Assembly: GCA_965279515.1 (NCBI GenBank)
Contig: CBDIID010000003.1
Coordinates: forward strand, 2,976,001 to 3,040,000
DNA from: Turneriella sp.
Lineage (GTDB): Bacteria > Spirochaetota > Leptospiria > Turneriellales > Turneriellaceae
Reading direction: 5' to 3'
DNA length: 64,000 nt
The translations under genes and the position numbers were made by a program. Each line of letters begins with the position of its first letter. Positions within the stretch are counted from its first letter, which is position 1. The notes below the pieces were generated by a model that saw only the letters and a program-made list of their open reading frames with translations, was not told where the DNA came from and searched no databases. This document shows positions 1 through 9,270 of this stretch, piece after piece.

Positions 1-255
1 GCCGTTGCGTTCGGCAAAATGCCGTTCCGCGTCATCGGCCTTGATGGCCGTAGAGTAATAGACGTGCGCACCGGGGGAGATCCCACCGGGGTTTGAGCCT
101 ACCCAGGTCTGGATGCCCTTCTCAGCCAGCTTTTGCAGATACGGCGAATCGTTTTTGTCAGATGCCGTGATCTCGGCGCCCATACGTTTCAGCAGCAACG
201 CGAGGCCGCTCATGCCGACGCCGCCGGCGCCGATGATGTGGATCTTGGGGGTCAC
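1..255 (-). CDS. murC: UDP-N-acetylmuramate--L-alanine ligase, N-terminal part (runs off the window edge)
   Basis: Manual translation: (V/M)TPKIHIIGAGGVGMSGLALLLKRMGAEITASD...VYYSTAIKAD, the MurC GxGGxGMSxLA Rossmann motif. The GTG at 255 overlaps the upstream TGA (GTGA). Not in the ORF track. Confidence 0.9.
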   Translation of the reverse strand, partial: MTPKIHIIGAGGVGMSGLALLLKRMGAEITASDKNDSPYLQKLAEKGIQTWVGSNPGGISPGAHVYYSTAIKADDAERHFAERNG

Positions 256-578
256 TGCCACGGGTCGAGTACGCAGCCGTAACGATCGCCGGTGTAACGC
301 GCCGTGGTCGTGACAAACATGCCTTTGACTGTCACGCTGCGTTTTTCCTGGTCGAGCTGAAAACTTTGGATCGGCACCCACTGCCGCGCGAAGTTATGGC
401 ATTCATCGACGGTGCCTTCTGTTACAAAGAAGCAGGAGCAGAATTCCTTACTGTAAAACGCGGAAATAATTTTCGGAAACGCCGCCGTATGTTTGAAGTT
501 GATGAGCAGGTAGACGGCGATGACAGCGAGCAATAAGCCCAATGCCTGGAAGAATCGCTTGAAGATTTTCTTAATCAT
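252..578 (-). CDS. Small membrane-anchored Cys-containing protein, partner of the adjacent serine hydrolase
   Basis: N-terminal TM helix and a CSC...C...C pattern. Start and stop overlap both neighbours. Confidence 0.7.
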   Translation of the reverse strand: MIKKIFKRFFQALGLLLAVIAVYLLINFKHTAAFPKIISAFYSKEFCSCFFVTEGTVDECHNFARQWVPIQSFQLDQEKRSVTVKGMFVTTTARYTGDRYGCVLDPWQ

Positions 579-1768
579 GGCGTGTTCTCCAGGATGTTTT
601 TGAGAAGGCCCAGGTACTTGTTTTTATCAAACGAACCATCGCGGTCGTCGGCCAGCCGTACGGCGATGATGTCGAGCGATGGTATCACATAGAGGGATTG
701 CCCCCAGTGCCCCAGAGCCGCAAATGTATCGGGCGGTGCATCGGGCCAGGGCGGCTTTTGCCCGCGTTCGGGTATGCCCTGGTTGATATACCACTGTGCG
801 CCTGGGTTATCCTTCGCGTCTTCTTCATTGAGTTGCGTGGTATAATACGCAGGGGCCATCGTCGCAGTATAACGCACCCACTTCTCAGGCAGCAGGCGCC
901 GGCCTTGCCAGACACCGTCGTGCAGGTAGAGATAGCCAAAACGCGCGAGGTCGCGGCCCGTCGTGTAGAGGTATGATGAGCCGACTGGCGTGCCGGCACC
1001 GTCGCGCTCGAAGGTCGTAAAACGCATGCCGATGGTTTTGAAGAGGCGGTTGAAGACAAGGTCCTCAAATTGATTGCCATAGATATTCTTCACCATCGCC
1101 GTTAGCATATTACTGGTGCCACTCGAATAATACCAAAATGTTCCCGGCGGGTGCATGACATCCTGAGAAGCCGCGAAGGCTGCCGTGTCGTTGCGGCCCC
1201 GCGTGTAGAGCATGGCGACGACGCTCGATTTGAGAGGCGACGCTTCGTAGCCTTCAGACCAGTGAAGCCCCGAACTCATGCGCAGCAGGTGGTCGATCTG
1301 GATGCTGTCTTTCCCTGGCACAGCGAGCGGCGGGTAATATTTCGCCGCCGGTTCTTCGATCTTCAGTTTATTGTCGAGTACGGCCATGCCCACGAAAGTA
1401 TTTACAAAACTCTTCGTCACCGACCAGGCCAGGTGCTTGCGGTTTTTATGGAACTCGCGGCCATACCGTTCGTAAACAATATTGCCGCCGCGCACCAGTA
1501 CAAAAATATCCGTGCGAATGCCCTTGCGTTCTGTCTCTTTTCCCGTTGTGGTAAAGAGGTATTGCTCGAGGTTCTTCAGCTTCTCACGGTTAATACCGGC
1601 CTTCTCAGGCGAGAGCTCAGGCCACTCAGCGCCGGGGTAGGCATTGATTTTCGCCGTGGTCTCAAAAGTGGCGGGTAATGCCTCGCGCTGCTGCGCGGGC
1701 AGAAGCGGCTTTTTCGCGCACGCAACCAGAAGGGGGATGGCAATCAGCGCCAAAAGCATCTGCTTCAT
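575..1768 (-). CDS. Serine hydrolase, beta-lactamase class C-like lipoprotein
   Basis: SxxK (WSVTKS), YSS and LGHWGQ motifs, plus HLLRMSSGL. Likely start MKQMLL at 1768 with lipobox LLVAC. Confidence 0.9.
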   Translation of the reverse strand: MKQMLLALIAIPLLVACAKKPLLPAQQREALPATFETTAKINAYPGAEWPELSPEKAGINREKLKNLEQYLFTTTGKETERKGIRTDIFVLVRGGNIVYERYGREFHKNRKHLAWSVTKSFVNTFVGMAVLDNKLKIEEPAAKYYPPLAVPGKDSIQIDHLLRMSSGLHWSEGYEASPLKSSVVAMLYTRGRNDTAAFAASQDVMHPPGTFWYYSSGTSNMLTAMVKNIYGNQFEDLVFNRLFKTIGMRFTTFERDGAGTPVGSSYLYTTGRDLARFGYLYLHDGVWQGRRLLPEKWVRYTATMAPAYYTTQLNEEDAKDNPGAQWYINQGIPERGQKPPWPDAPPDTFAALGHWGQSLYVIPSLDIIAVRLADDRDGSFDKNKYLGLLKNILENTP

Positions 1769-1848
1769 GGTACAAGGATGCACCGAGATCGGCGGCGACA
1801 AGAATGTTAATGGCTGCCGGTTTTCCGTGGCGGAATGGTGCTGCAAAT

Positions 1849-2325
1849 CTATTCGAGGCGGGCGATTTCGCCGATGAGTTTTTCCAGGACAGGATTTTTT
1901 ACGGGTGTATTTGCGGCTACGCCCGTAAGTATCGGTTCAGTGACTTCTTTTTTACTCCAATCGATGCGCCGCGAGGCCTGGGGAATAATCTTTACGGTGA
2001 TGCCATAACGGGCAGTGATTTTTTTCTCTACGACTGGTGCAATCATCTTGAGTTCATTGGCGAAGGTATTATGATCACAGGCAACAATGAGATTTCTGCC
2101 CTTCAAAGCTTCGGGTACCGAATGCGTTGCAAGCAGGGGGCTGGCGAGTTCAGCCCAGTCCTGGTGGAAGCGCGCGAGCAGGTATTCGCGTTCGGCCGAT
2201 TCGGCCTGCGAGGGATGCACGACGCGAAGAATTTCTACCCAGTCGCGGTTCTTCAGCCGCTCGGCGTCGCGTTCGAGTTCGTCGGGCGAGCTATGGCGGC
2301 GGAATAACGGGCGCAGGGGGCGCAT
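1849..2325 (-). CDS. DUF721/DciA-family protein (putative helicase-loader-like)
   Basis: W-x-E-L...LATHSVP...G-x-LIVACD...FANELKM...KKI pattern typical of DUF721. Confidence 0.7.
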   Translation of the reverse strand: MRPLRPLFRRHSSPDELERDAERLKNRDWVEILRVVHPSQAESAEREYLLARFHQDWAELASPLLATHSVPEALKGRNLIVACDHNTFANELKMIAPVVEKKITARYGITVKIIPQASRRIDWSKKEVTEPILTGVAANTPVKNPVLEKLIGEIARLE

Positions 2326-2328
2326 AGC

Positions 2329-5052
2329 CTACTGCTTGATCAGCACAAACCTGCGTGAATATTGTTTCACGACATTCTGCGGTTTCATGGGCAGGGGCAG
2401 GTTCTTTACCTCGGTAAAGAGCGGAATCATATCGTCATAGTGTTTCGATTCGGCATTGCCTGAAACGCCCATATGAACCATCAGTTGCGCCGGTTCTTCC
2501 TGTGAGAAATCGACGATGAAGCGCATCGCCGGTATCAGCCAGATATCGTTGGAATCTCCCCACAGGTTGCCGGCCTGGCTGAGCGTATGCAGGTCGCCGC
2601 CCGCCGCGTGTGGCCCGCGGTTCAGGTAGCCCTTGAGAAACCCTGCCTTTTTGGTGAATTCGTGGCGCCAGTAATACTGGTGAATCTTGCCCCAGGCCCA
2701 GTCGCCGCGCGTCGAACCCATTTGCTTTTCAGAAAGTGTCACGGCTTCGGCGAGTGCCGCAGCGAAGATCATTGCCTTGGTTTCTTTTTCGGGCGTCGCC
2801 GTATTATCCCAGAACGGGCTATCGGCGCGGCCCAGCAGGTGATCCTGCACGGCGTTATAAGAACGTTTGTTGATGGCCTGAAAGTTCGTCCATAGTTGCG
2901 AGCCCTTGCCACCGAGTTCATCCGCAAAAGTGAGGATTGCCACTGCAGCAGCAAAATTCTCGTAAATCGCGGCGGCGGCCGAATTTTTGTCGAGGCTGCC
3001 GTCGAACTTGCGGAAGATTTCGAGAGCTTCCTGCGCCTTGATATTTTCCGCTGCAGGCAATTGTTCGATCGCCTGTGTCAGCTCGGCGCTGAAGCCCGGT
3101 GCGAACAGTAGCTCTTTGACACGCCTCGCGGTATGCGAGAATACATCGCCCTGGAACTTCGCCATATCGGCCGCAGTGTGCTGCGTTCCCTGCGCCAGCA
3201 GTTCTCTCGCGCGGCCGGCCCGGTCTTCACCATAGTATGAAGATGAAACCCAGAGTTCGCTGGAATCGTCCCAGACGCGGTGGTTGGCTGTAGCGAGGTA
3301 GCCTTCCTTGGGGTTTAGGGCCGATGGGTTTTCCGACGGGGCGTATGCGCCATCCCAATCGTCTTCACCCGTCCAGCCGATGCGCGGAAAAAGGCCCGTA
3401 GCACCCTTACGCGCCGGGTACTTACCTGTTGCTACCCAGCCGATATTTTTTTCATCCGCGTATACAATGTTGAGATAGATGCCTGTGACTTTGTCGAGCG
3501 CCGCGCGCGCCTCTTTCATGGTCTTCGCAGACGCCATTTCGAAGATACCGTTCATGGTGGTTTCACGGGCGCCCACCGTGGTGCGGTAGGCGAGGCCGTA
3601 ATCGCTCTTGATGCTGAGCGCCAGGTGCGGGTCGGGGAAAGCATGTGAAAAGGCAGAGTTCAGCAGCACGCCGTGCCGGGTGCGTATGCGTTTAAATTCG
3701 TGGGTCTTGCCGCCGCGGATACCGATCGTCTCGGGCGTCACCGTCGCGTCTTCCCATTTGCCTTTGTAGAGGTACTGGGTTTTACCCCCCTCTTCGCGGG
3801 TCTGTTCGAGAAAGATATCCTGGTTATCGGCCATGACCATCGTTGCGCCCCAGGCGATCGTGCCATTGGTGCCCAGTGCGACGATCGGCGTGCCGGGCAG
3901 CGCTACGCCTGCTGCACGGTATTCGGGGCATTCGAGGTTCATCATGTACCACATCGCGGGTACAGTCATCTGCAGGTGCGTGTCGTTCGCAAGCAGCGAC
4001 TTGCCATTCTTCGCGCGTGAGGGCGCGACGATCCAGTTATTCGATGCGGGCAGGGACGGCGTCGGAATCAGGTTTTGCCAGAGTTCGCCGGCTTTACCGA
4101 GCTCTGCCTTCAGCTGGGCATCGCCGTTGGTGATTTTTTTCAGGTCGATGTCCTTGAGGTGGCTCGCCTGTTCAAACGGAATCGCTTCGTCGTCGTAGAT
4201 CGGGAACAGCCAAGCCGCTTTCTCGAGGCCGAGATTTGCTGCAAACTTGAGGAATGTCACTTCTTCGACATGGTTCGTCGCGAGCAGCAATGAAAACAGC
4301 TGGTAGAGCGCGAGTGAGTCTTCAGGTTTCCATTCTTCGGCCTTCAGCCCCAACAGCAGGAATTCAAATTGTTTATCGGGGTAGGCCGCGCGCTGCGCAT
4401 TGATACCCGCCGCGAACGACGTCAGCATGCCTTGTAATTTGGGATTAATGATACGGAAGTTTTTCTGCGTCAGTTCGGCAAAACCCAGCGAGCGCATGTA
4501 GACATCGACACCCACGGTTTCATCGCCTAAGACCTCGGAGAGGCGGCCATACGCCATGCGGCGCAGAAATTCGATCTGGAAGTTGCGGTCTGAAGCCATC
4601 GCAAAGCCGACACCGAATGCCATGTCGTTCAGGTTCTGAGCCTTGATGTGGGGCACGCCATAGTCGTCGCGGCTGATGGTCACGTCGGCTGAAATGGCCT
4701 GAACCGTCACAGCGCCCTCTTCGGGTACGAGGCTCTTTTTCAGCCGGCTGCGCAGCCAGATATAACCCCCGAGACCGGCGACAATGAGAATGAGTGCCGC
4801 CCAGGTCAGAATGCGGCGTTTTTTGCGCGGGCGAATCTCCGGCTCATAGGTATCAAGAACAGGCTGCTTGCCTTCAGCTTTGCGCGTCTCTTCAGTCTCG
4901 CTGGCCTGGAAAAGTGCGCTGAGTTCTGCTTCCGAAGTCGGGTCGCCCTCTTTCAGCCGGGCGCTGGTCGCGGCCGATTGCCTGCGGATCGGTGGTTTTT
5001 TGGTTTTTTTTGCCGGAGTCGTTTTTTTCGAGGTCGGTTTTTTGCGCGCCAT
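2329..5052 (-). CDS. Penicillin acylase family Ntn-hydrolase (possible acyl-homoserine-lactone acylase), membrane anchored
   Basis: RDDYGVPHI, ASNNW (nucleophile Ser), LLANDTHL, TANH and GVSGN...HYDD motifs. Likely start MARKK at 5052, followed by a TM helix. Confidence 0.92.
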   Translation of the reverse strand: MARKKPTSKKTTPAKKTKKPPIRRQSAATSARLKEGDPTSEAELSALFQASETEETRKAEGKQPVLDTYEPEIRPRKKRRILTWAALILIVAGLGGYIWLRSRLKKSLVPEEGAVTVQAISADVTISRDDYGVPHIKAQNLNDMAFGVGFAMASDRNFQIEFLRRMAYGRLSEVLGDETVGVDVYMRSLGFAELTQKNFRIINPKLQGMLTSFAAGINAQRAAYPDKQFEFLLLGLKAEEWKPEDSLALYQLFSLLLATNHVEEVTFLKFAANLGLEKAAWLFPIYDDEAIPFEQASHLKDIDLKKITNGDAQLKAELGKAGELWQNLIPTPSLPASNNWIVAPSRAKNGKSLLANDTHLQMTVPAMWYMMNLECPEYRAAGVALPGTPIVALGTNGTIAWGATMVMADNQDIFLEQTREEGGKTQYLYKGKWEDATVTPETIGIRGGKTHEFKRIRTRHGVLLNSAFSHAFPDPHLALSIKSDYGLAYRTTVGARETTMNGIFEMASAKTMKEARAALDKVTGIYLNIVYADEKNIGWVATGKYPARKGATGLFPRIGWTGEDDWDGAYAPSENPSALNPKEGYLATANHRVWDDSSELWVSSSYYGEDRAGRARELLAQGTQHTAADMAKFQGDVFSHTARRVKELLFAPGFSAELTQAIEQLPAAENIKAQEALEIFRKFDGSLDKNSAAAAIYENFAAAVAILTFADELGGKGSQLWTNFQAINKRSYNAVQDHLLGRADSPFWDNTATPEKETKAMIFAAALAEAVTLSEKQMGSTRGDWAWGKIHQYYWRHEFTKKAGFLKGYLNRGPHAAGGDLHTLSQAGNLWGDSNDIWLIPAMRFIVDFSQEEPAQLMVHMGVSGNAESKHYDDMIPLFTEVKNLPLPMKPQNVVKQYSRRFVLIKQ

Positions 5053-5074
5053 CGCGGGAAGTTTGGCCCTTAGC

Positions 5075-6319
5075 TCAACTTGGCAACTCAATTTCAAAGG
5101 CGATCAGATCGGCTGTCTCGCGCCCTTCGTTTTCAAAGTCGCGTATCGTGGTGCAGCGGATGTCGCCCCTGTGCATTTGGACGATTTTCTCGACGAATGT
5201 CAATCCCAGCCCGTATTCGAGCGTTCCGTACTGCTCGTGCACGACGCGCGACAGGCGGAAAAATGGTTCGAAAATGATACGGCGGAACTCTTCGGGTATA
5301 CCGGCTGGTTCGTCGACACTGCCGGGCAGGGGCATATTGAGGATAGTCACCTGCACGCGGGTATAAAGATATTCAACAAGCACAGTCACCGTCGACCCCG
5401 GGGGTGAAAATTTCATGGCATTGAGCAGTAGTTCCTTGAGCCCCTTACGCATGAATTCCCAGTTGAGCTTCAGGTGGCCGCCGCTGAAGCGCGGATTGAG
5501 TTCGCTGAGTACGACGCGGTTTCCCTGAAGGTCGGCCTGCGGTTTTAATTCATAGATCGTATCGCGGATGATGCTGTGGAATTCCCCGAGCGTCACGTCG
5601 AAGAGGACGAAGTCCTGCGACACCAGGAGCTGCAGCTCGCCGAACATGCCGATCATATCATTCACGGCCGTCTGGTTATCGAGAATCATGTCGAGGATGT
5701 CCGTCGGTATAAGATAGTTTTTACCGTCCGGGGCTTTCTGCGAACCCGCAAGCATCGAGACGAGCGTGGTCATGGCGCCGACGCCCTTGCCCTGCGTGAA
5801 CGAGGTGTGGATGTTGCCAAACAGGGCCTTGGCAAACTTGTCGTTTTGCCGCCGCATGAGGCCCTCGGCGACACGTTTGGTGGCGAGCTGGGTCTCCAAG
5901 CGCTGTACCCGGTCTTTTTCCGTATTGCGCAAAAGTTCGTCGGAGTGCGCGTGGTCGAAGGCATTCGTCACAATCTGCTGCAGCTCTTTCGCCTCGGCTG
6001 GCTTCAGCACATAGTCGTAGGCGCCGAGGCGCAGTGTATCAATGATCTGCCGGATGCCGTTTTCGACAGTCAGCATGATGACAACCGGCGGTTTCGGCTT
6101 TTCCATCAGCCGTTTGAGAATCTCTGTTCCGGAAATGTCTCCCGGCAGGTGTACGTCGCAGATCACGACCTTATGGTTTAATTTTTCGAAGGCATCGAGT
6201 GCCTCAGTGGCATTGCCGGTAATCGTCAGGGCATAGGGCATCCCCGTTAGGATACGCTCCAGCAAGGCCTGTTGTACAGGGTCGTCGTCGACAATTAGCA
6301 GGGGTTCACGGGCGAGCAT
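5075..6319 (-). CDS. Hybrid receiver-domain / histidine-kinase-like (HATPase) protein
   Basis: REC motifs IVDDD, CDVHLP and YVLKP. N box ELLLNAMKFS, F box IFEPFFR, G2 box GLGL. Confidence 0.88.
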   Translation of the reverse strand: MLAREPLLIVDDDPVQQALLERILTGMPYALTITGNATEALDAFEKLNHKVVICDVHLPGDISGTEILKRLMEKPKPPVVIMLTVENGIRQIIDTLRLGAYDYVLKPAEAKELQQIVTNAFDHAHSDELLRNTEKDRVQRLETQLATKRVAEGLMRRQNDKFAKALFGNIHTSFTQGKGVGAMTTLVSMLAGSQKAPDGKNYLIPTDILDMILDNQTAVNDMIGMFGELQLLVSQDFVLFDVTLGEFHSIIRDTIYELKPQADLQGNRVVLSELNPRFSGGHLKLNWEFMRKGLKELLLNAMKFSPPGSTVTVLVEYLYTRVQVTILNMPLPGSVDEPAGIPEEFRRIIFEPFFRLSRVVHEQYGTLEYGLGLTFVEKIVQMHRGDIRCTTIRDFENEGRETADLIAFEIELPS

Positions 6320-6388
6320 ACGAAACCTGTTAGATTATCGGCTTCGCGGCAGGGGGTTGTTGAGGGGAAGATAGCCTTCCCCGGAAAA

Positions 6389-7270
6389 TCATACGATGTG
6401 TATGTCGATCCGCTTGCTTGAGGTCGCACTGCCGTTTTGCAGCTCGATCTCGTACTTGCCCACAGACAGTTGCGAGAACCAGGCAAAATCGTCGCGCAGT
6501 GGTATAGACTGCAGCAGGCGGCCCTGGCGGCGCAGGTTAATGAATTTCGGGCGCGGTCGGTAGTTCTGCAGTTTCACCGTGAGCATCACAGTTTCATTGC
6601 CGTCTTTAACTACCTGGTAAAACAGGTCTCCCTGCTTTTCTTCGCTCGTCATGAATTGCAGGGCGCCGGTTGCACCGCCAGCGGCGGTGGCCATATCAGA
6701 GCCGCGTACTGCAACCATCTCATCGCTGTTGGTCAGGTTATAGAGGTCGTGTATATGGCCGGCAATTAGGCGCAGGCCGTCTTTGAGGCGAATGACGATC
6801 GTCGATTCTTCTTCGGCGGGGGCCGCAGCATAGATGCGGTTCATGACGATTTGTTTGAGGTATGCCGGGGTTGGAATCATAGGGCGGTCGCCCCAGGTGA
6901 ACAGGAATGCGAGCGTGTCTTGAAACAGCCCAAAATCAGCATTGTTGGCCTTTATAGTTTGCCAGATTTTGCTCTTTGAAAGTTCTTTCTCAATAATGCG
7001 CGGATCATCCACGGAGAAGAATTTCTCAGCGACTTCGACGATTTCATGGATGGGTAATTTAAAGCCGGTCGTTTCGACGGTCGCGCCCTGCCGTTTATTG
7101 ACGGCGACCATGGTTTCGAATTGCACAAGCATCTCGAGGGCAGATAAATTTTCAGAGGCCAGGTTCAGGGCTTCACCATGCTTTTTATCGTCTAGATATA
7201 GCTTTAACAGACGCGAATATTCAGCGGGCGTCAGCTTCTTCAGGCTTTCTCTGCTACCTTTAGTTTCCAC
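6389..7270 (-). CDS. Hypothetical protein
   Basis: 293-aa ORF with natural composition, collinear with downstream genes. No recognised motif. Confidence 0.75.
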   Translation of the reverse strand: METKGSRESLKKLTPAEYSRLLKLYLDDKKHGEALNLASENLSALEMLVQFETMVAVNKRQGATVETTGFKLPIHEIVEVAEKFFSVDDPRIIEKELSKSKIWQTIKANNADFGLFQDTLAFLFTWGDRPMIPTPAYLKQIVMNRIYAAAPAEEESTIVIRLKDGLRLIAGHIHDLYNLTNSDEMVAVRGSDMATAAGGATGALQFMTSEEKQGDLFYQVVKDGNETVMLTVKLQNYRPRPKFINLRRQGRLLQSIPLRDDFAWFSQLSVGKYEIELQNGSATSSKRIDIHIV

Positions 7271-7392
7271 AAGTATCTCCCACAGGCTTCCCGCCTGTTT
7301 TATATAGTATAGACGACGCAGCGAGCATTATCTTTACGACAAGAAAATATCCGTATTTCCCACAATGTTTCTGTGGGAGCTACGTAAGCGCC

Positions 7393-8190
7393 ATGAAACT
7401 CATCACCATATCTGTCAGCCATTACGTTGAAAAGGTCAAATGGGCCCTGAAAATCAGTGGCATTCCCTTTGAGGAAGAAAGCCACTTGCCGGGCATCCAT
7501 GCGGCCGTAACGCTCTGGCTGACCCGGGGCGCACACCGCTCAACCCCGGTCTTAATCGACGGTAATCAGGTCATAGCTGATTCGACGCGCATCTTACGCC
7601 ATCTCGCGACAAAATACCGGCAAAAATGGCTGTACCCGATTCCACAGGTACTCGAACTCGAAGAACGTTTCGACAAAAATATCGGTCCACATACGCGGCG
7701 TTTTATCTACCAGCAGCTCTTCGACAACGGTTTCTCGGTCGCGGAGTTTTTCGACCAGGACGTTGCGATACCCTGGCAAAAGGCGATCCTGCCCCTGGTT
7801 GCACCTGCATTGAAAGAAGTGATGATCCGTGATATGGCGATCAACCCCGCCTCGGCAGAGAATTCGCGCGCGGTTTTTGAAGCCGAGTTTGATTTTGTCG
7901 AAAAGCGCCTGAAAGACGGTCGGATGTACCTCTGCGGCGATACACTGACCGCCGCCGACATCACGTTTGCCGCGCTTTCAGCCCCCGTTATTTTACCTGA
8001 AGGTTATGGCGCGCGGCTGCCTAAGCTCGAAGATGCCCCTGAAGGGTCGCCTGTTCGGGCTCTTGTGGAGGGTTACCGTGCGCGTCCGGCGGGGCAGTTT
8101 GTGCTGCGCCTGTATAAAGAGAACAGGCATACGCGTCTTGAGCCACCGGGAGCGCGCGATTCTTCAGCGAGCGGCTCCGGAATTCCATAG
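7393..8190 (+). CDS. Glutathione S-transferase family protein
   Basis: SHYVEKVKWAL, STPVL...IADST and YLCGDTLTAADITFAAL. Confidence 0.9.
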   Translation: MKLITISVSHYVEKVKWALKISGIPFEEESHLPGIHAAVTLWLTRGAHRSTPVLIDGNQVIADSTRILRHLATKYRQKWLYPIPQVLELEERFDKNIGPHTRRFIYQQLFDNGFSVAEFFDQDVAIPWQKAILPLVAPALKEVMIRDMAINPASAENSRAVFEAEFDFVEKRLKDGRMYLCGDTLTAADITFAALSAPVILPEGYGARLPKLEDAPEGSPVRALVEGYRARPAGQFVLRLYKENRHTRLEPPGARDSSASGSGIP

Positions 8191-8253
8191 CATAGCCGGG
8201 ATATTCGCTACCGAAAACTATTGACATCCCCCGCAAAAAACAGGGCATCACTC

Positions 8254-9249
8254 ATGGCCGATAGTTATTACACCGTGATCCGCGGTAAGAAGTATGACCG
8301 CAGAATGCTTGAGCTCGCCGATGGGCTTACCAAGGGCAAGGGTGACGGCCGCATCTCTGTCGCCGATGCGAAGAATCTGCTGCGCGTTGTCAAAGATTCG
8401 AACAACTATTCGGCGACTGAAAAGGCGACGATGGAATATATCCGTAAGCGCTATAAATTCACCAAAGAAGGTGACGAATATTTCCGCTCTGAGATCCGCA
8501 AGTGGGCGGGCGGCAAGGGCAAAAAAGCCGCACCCAAAGAAAAAAAAGCCGCAGCTAAAGAAAGTGCGCCTGTGCCTGCAGCGCCGACGCCCGTCGTCGC
8601 GGCAGAGCCTTATTCCGCACCTGCGGCAGAAAAAAAACGATCGCCCTGGAAAGAAATCTTCATCGGTTTGATCCTGCTTATCGCTGCCAGTGCGCTGTTC
8701 TATTTCATTGCCTTTAAGACCAGTTGCGGTAAGGCGATGCTCGAGAAAAAATCTACGCCGGTAACAGAAGCTCCGAAACCCGCAGCGCCGCCCGTAGCGG
8801 CTGAAACAGCCAAACCTACAGAGCCACCTGTACCCGCTGAAACGGCTAAGCCTGCTACGGCGGCTCCGGTGGCGGCAAAAACGGCTGCGCGTGATGTCCC
8901 GACAGATCTCAAAAACTTTGTCGAGAAAACCCAGCTGATCTTCATCGCTGAAAAAACGGACCTGACTCCGACGACCGTCAAAAAACTGGATGCTCTGGCC
9001 GCGCGGCTGAAGGGAGAGAATCTCCGTCTGCAACTGACCGGGCATACGTGTTCGCTCGGGCCAAAAGAGCTGAATCAAAAAATTTCGGAGAAACGGGCAA
9101 GTGTCGCCAAAGCGGCACTCGTGGCGCGTGGTGTACCCGCGGCAAGTATCGAAACGCGCGGCATCGCCGACAGTGAAACAATCGGCGATCAGAAGACCGT
9201 CGCGGGCCGCGTCGCCAGCCGCCGCGTGACATTCAAAGTATTACAATAA
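8254..9249 (+). CDS. OmpA-like peptidoglycan-binding protein with an N-terminal soluble domain, one TM helix and a Pro/Ala-rich linker
   Basis: C-terminal TGHTCSLG...NQKISEKRA...RGIA...SRRV OmpA_C motif and a central TM helix. ATG at 8254 preferred over TTG at 8221. Confidence 0.85.
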   Translation: MADSYYTVIRGKKYDRRMLELADGLTKGKGDGRISVADAKNLLRVVKDSNNYSATEKATMEYIRKRYKFTKEGDEYFRSEIRKWAGGKGKKAAPKEKKAAAKESAPVPAAPTPVVAAEPYSAPAAEKKRSPWKEIFIGLILLIAASALFYFIAFKTSCGKAMLEKKSTPVTEAPKPAAPPVAAETAKPTEPPVPAETAKPATAAPVAAKTAARDVPTDLKNFVEKTQLIFIAEKTDLTPTTVKKLDALAARLKGENLRLQLTGHTCSLGPKELNQKISEKRASVAKAALVARGVPAASIETRGIADSETIGDQKTVAGRVASRRVTFKVLQ

Positions 9250-9270
9250 ATTCGACAAGGTGGTAACTCA

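Noticed and set aside
8221..8250. Sigma-70 promoter from TTGACA
   Set aside because: There is no convincing -10 hexamer at 16-18 nt spacing, so it is not reported as a feature.
8248..9078. 276-aa antisense ORF, and the many similar shadow ORFs such as 39427-40293, 19606-20325 and 53812-54522
   Set aside because: They lie opposite or inside well-supported genes, have implausible Arg-rich composition and carry no motifs.
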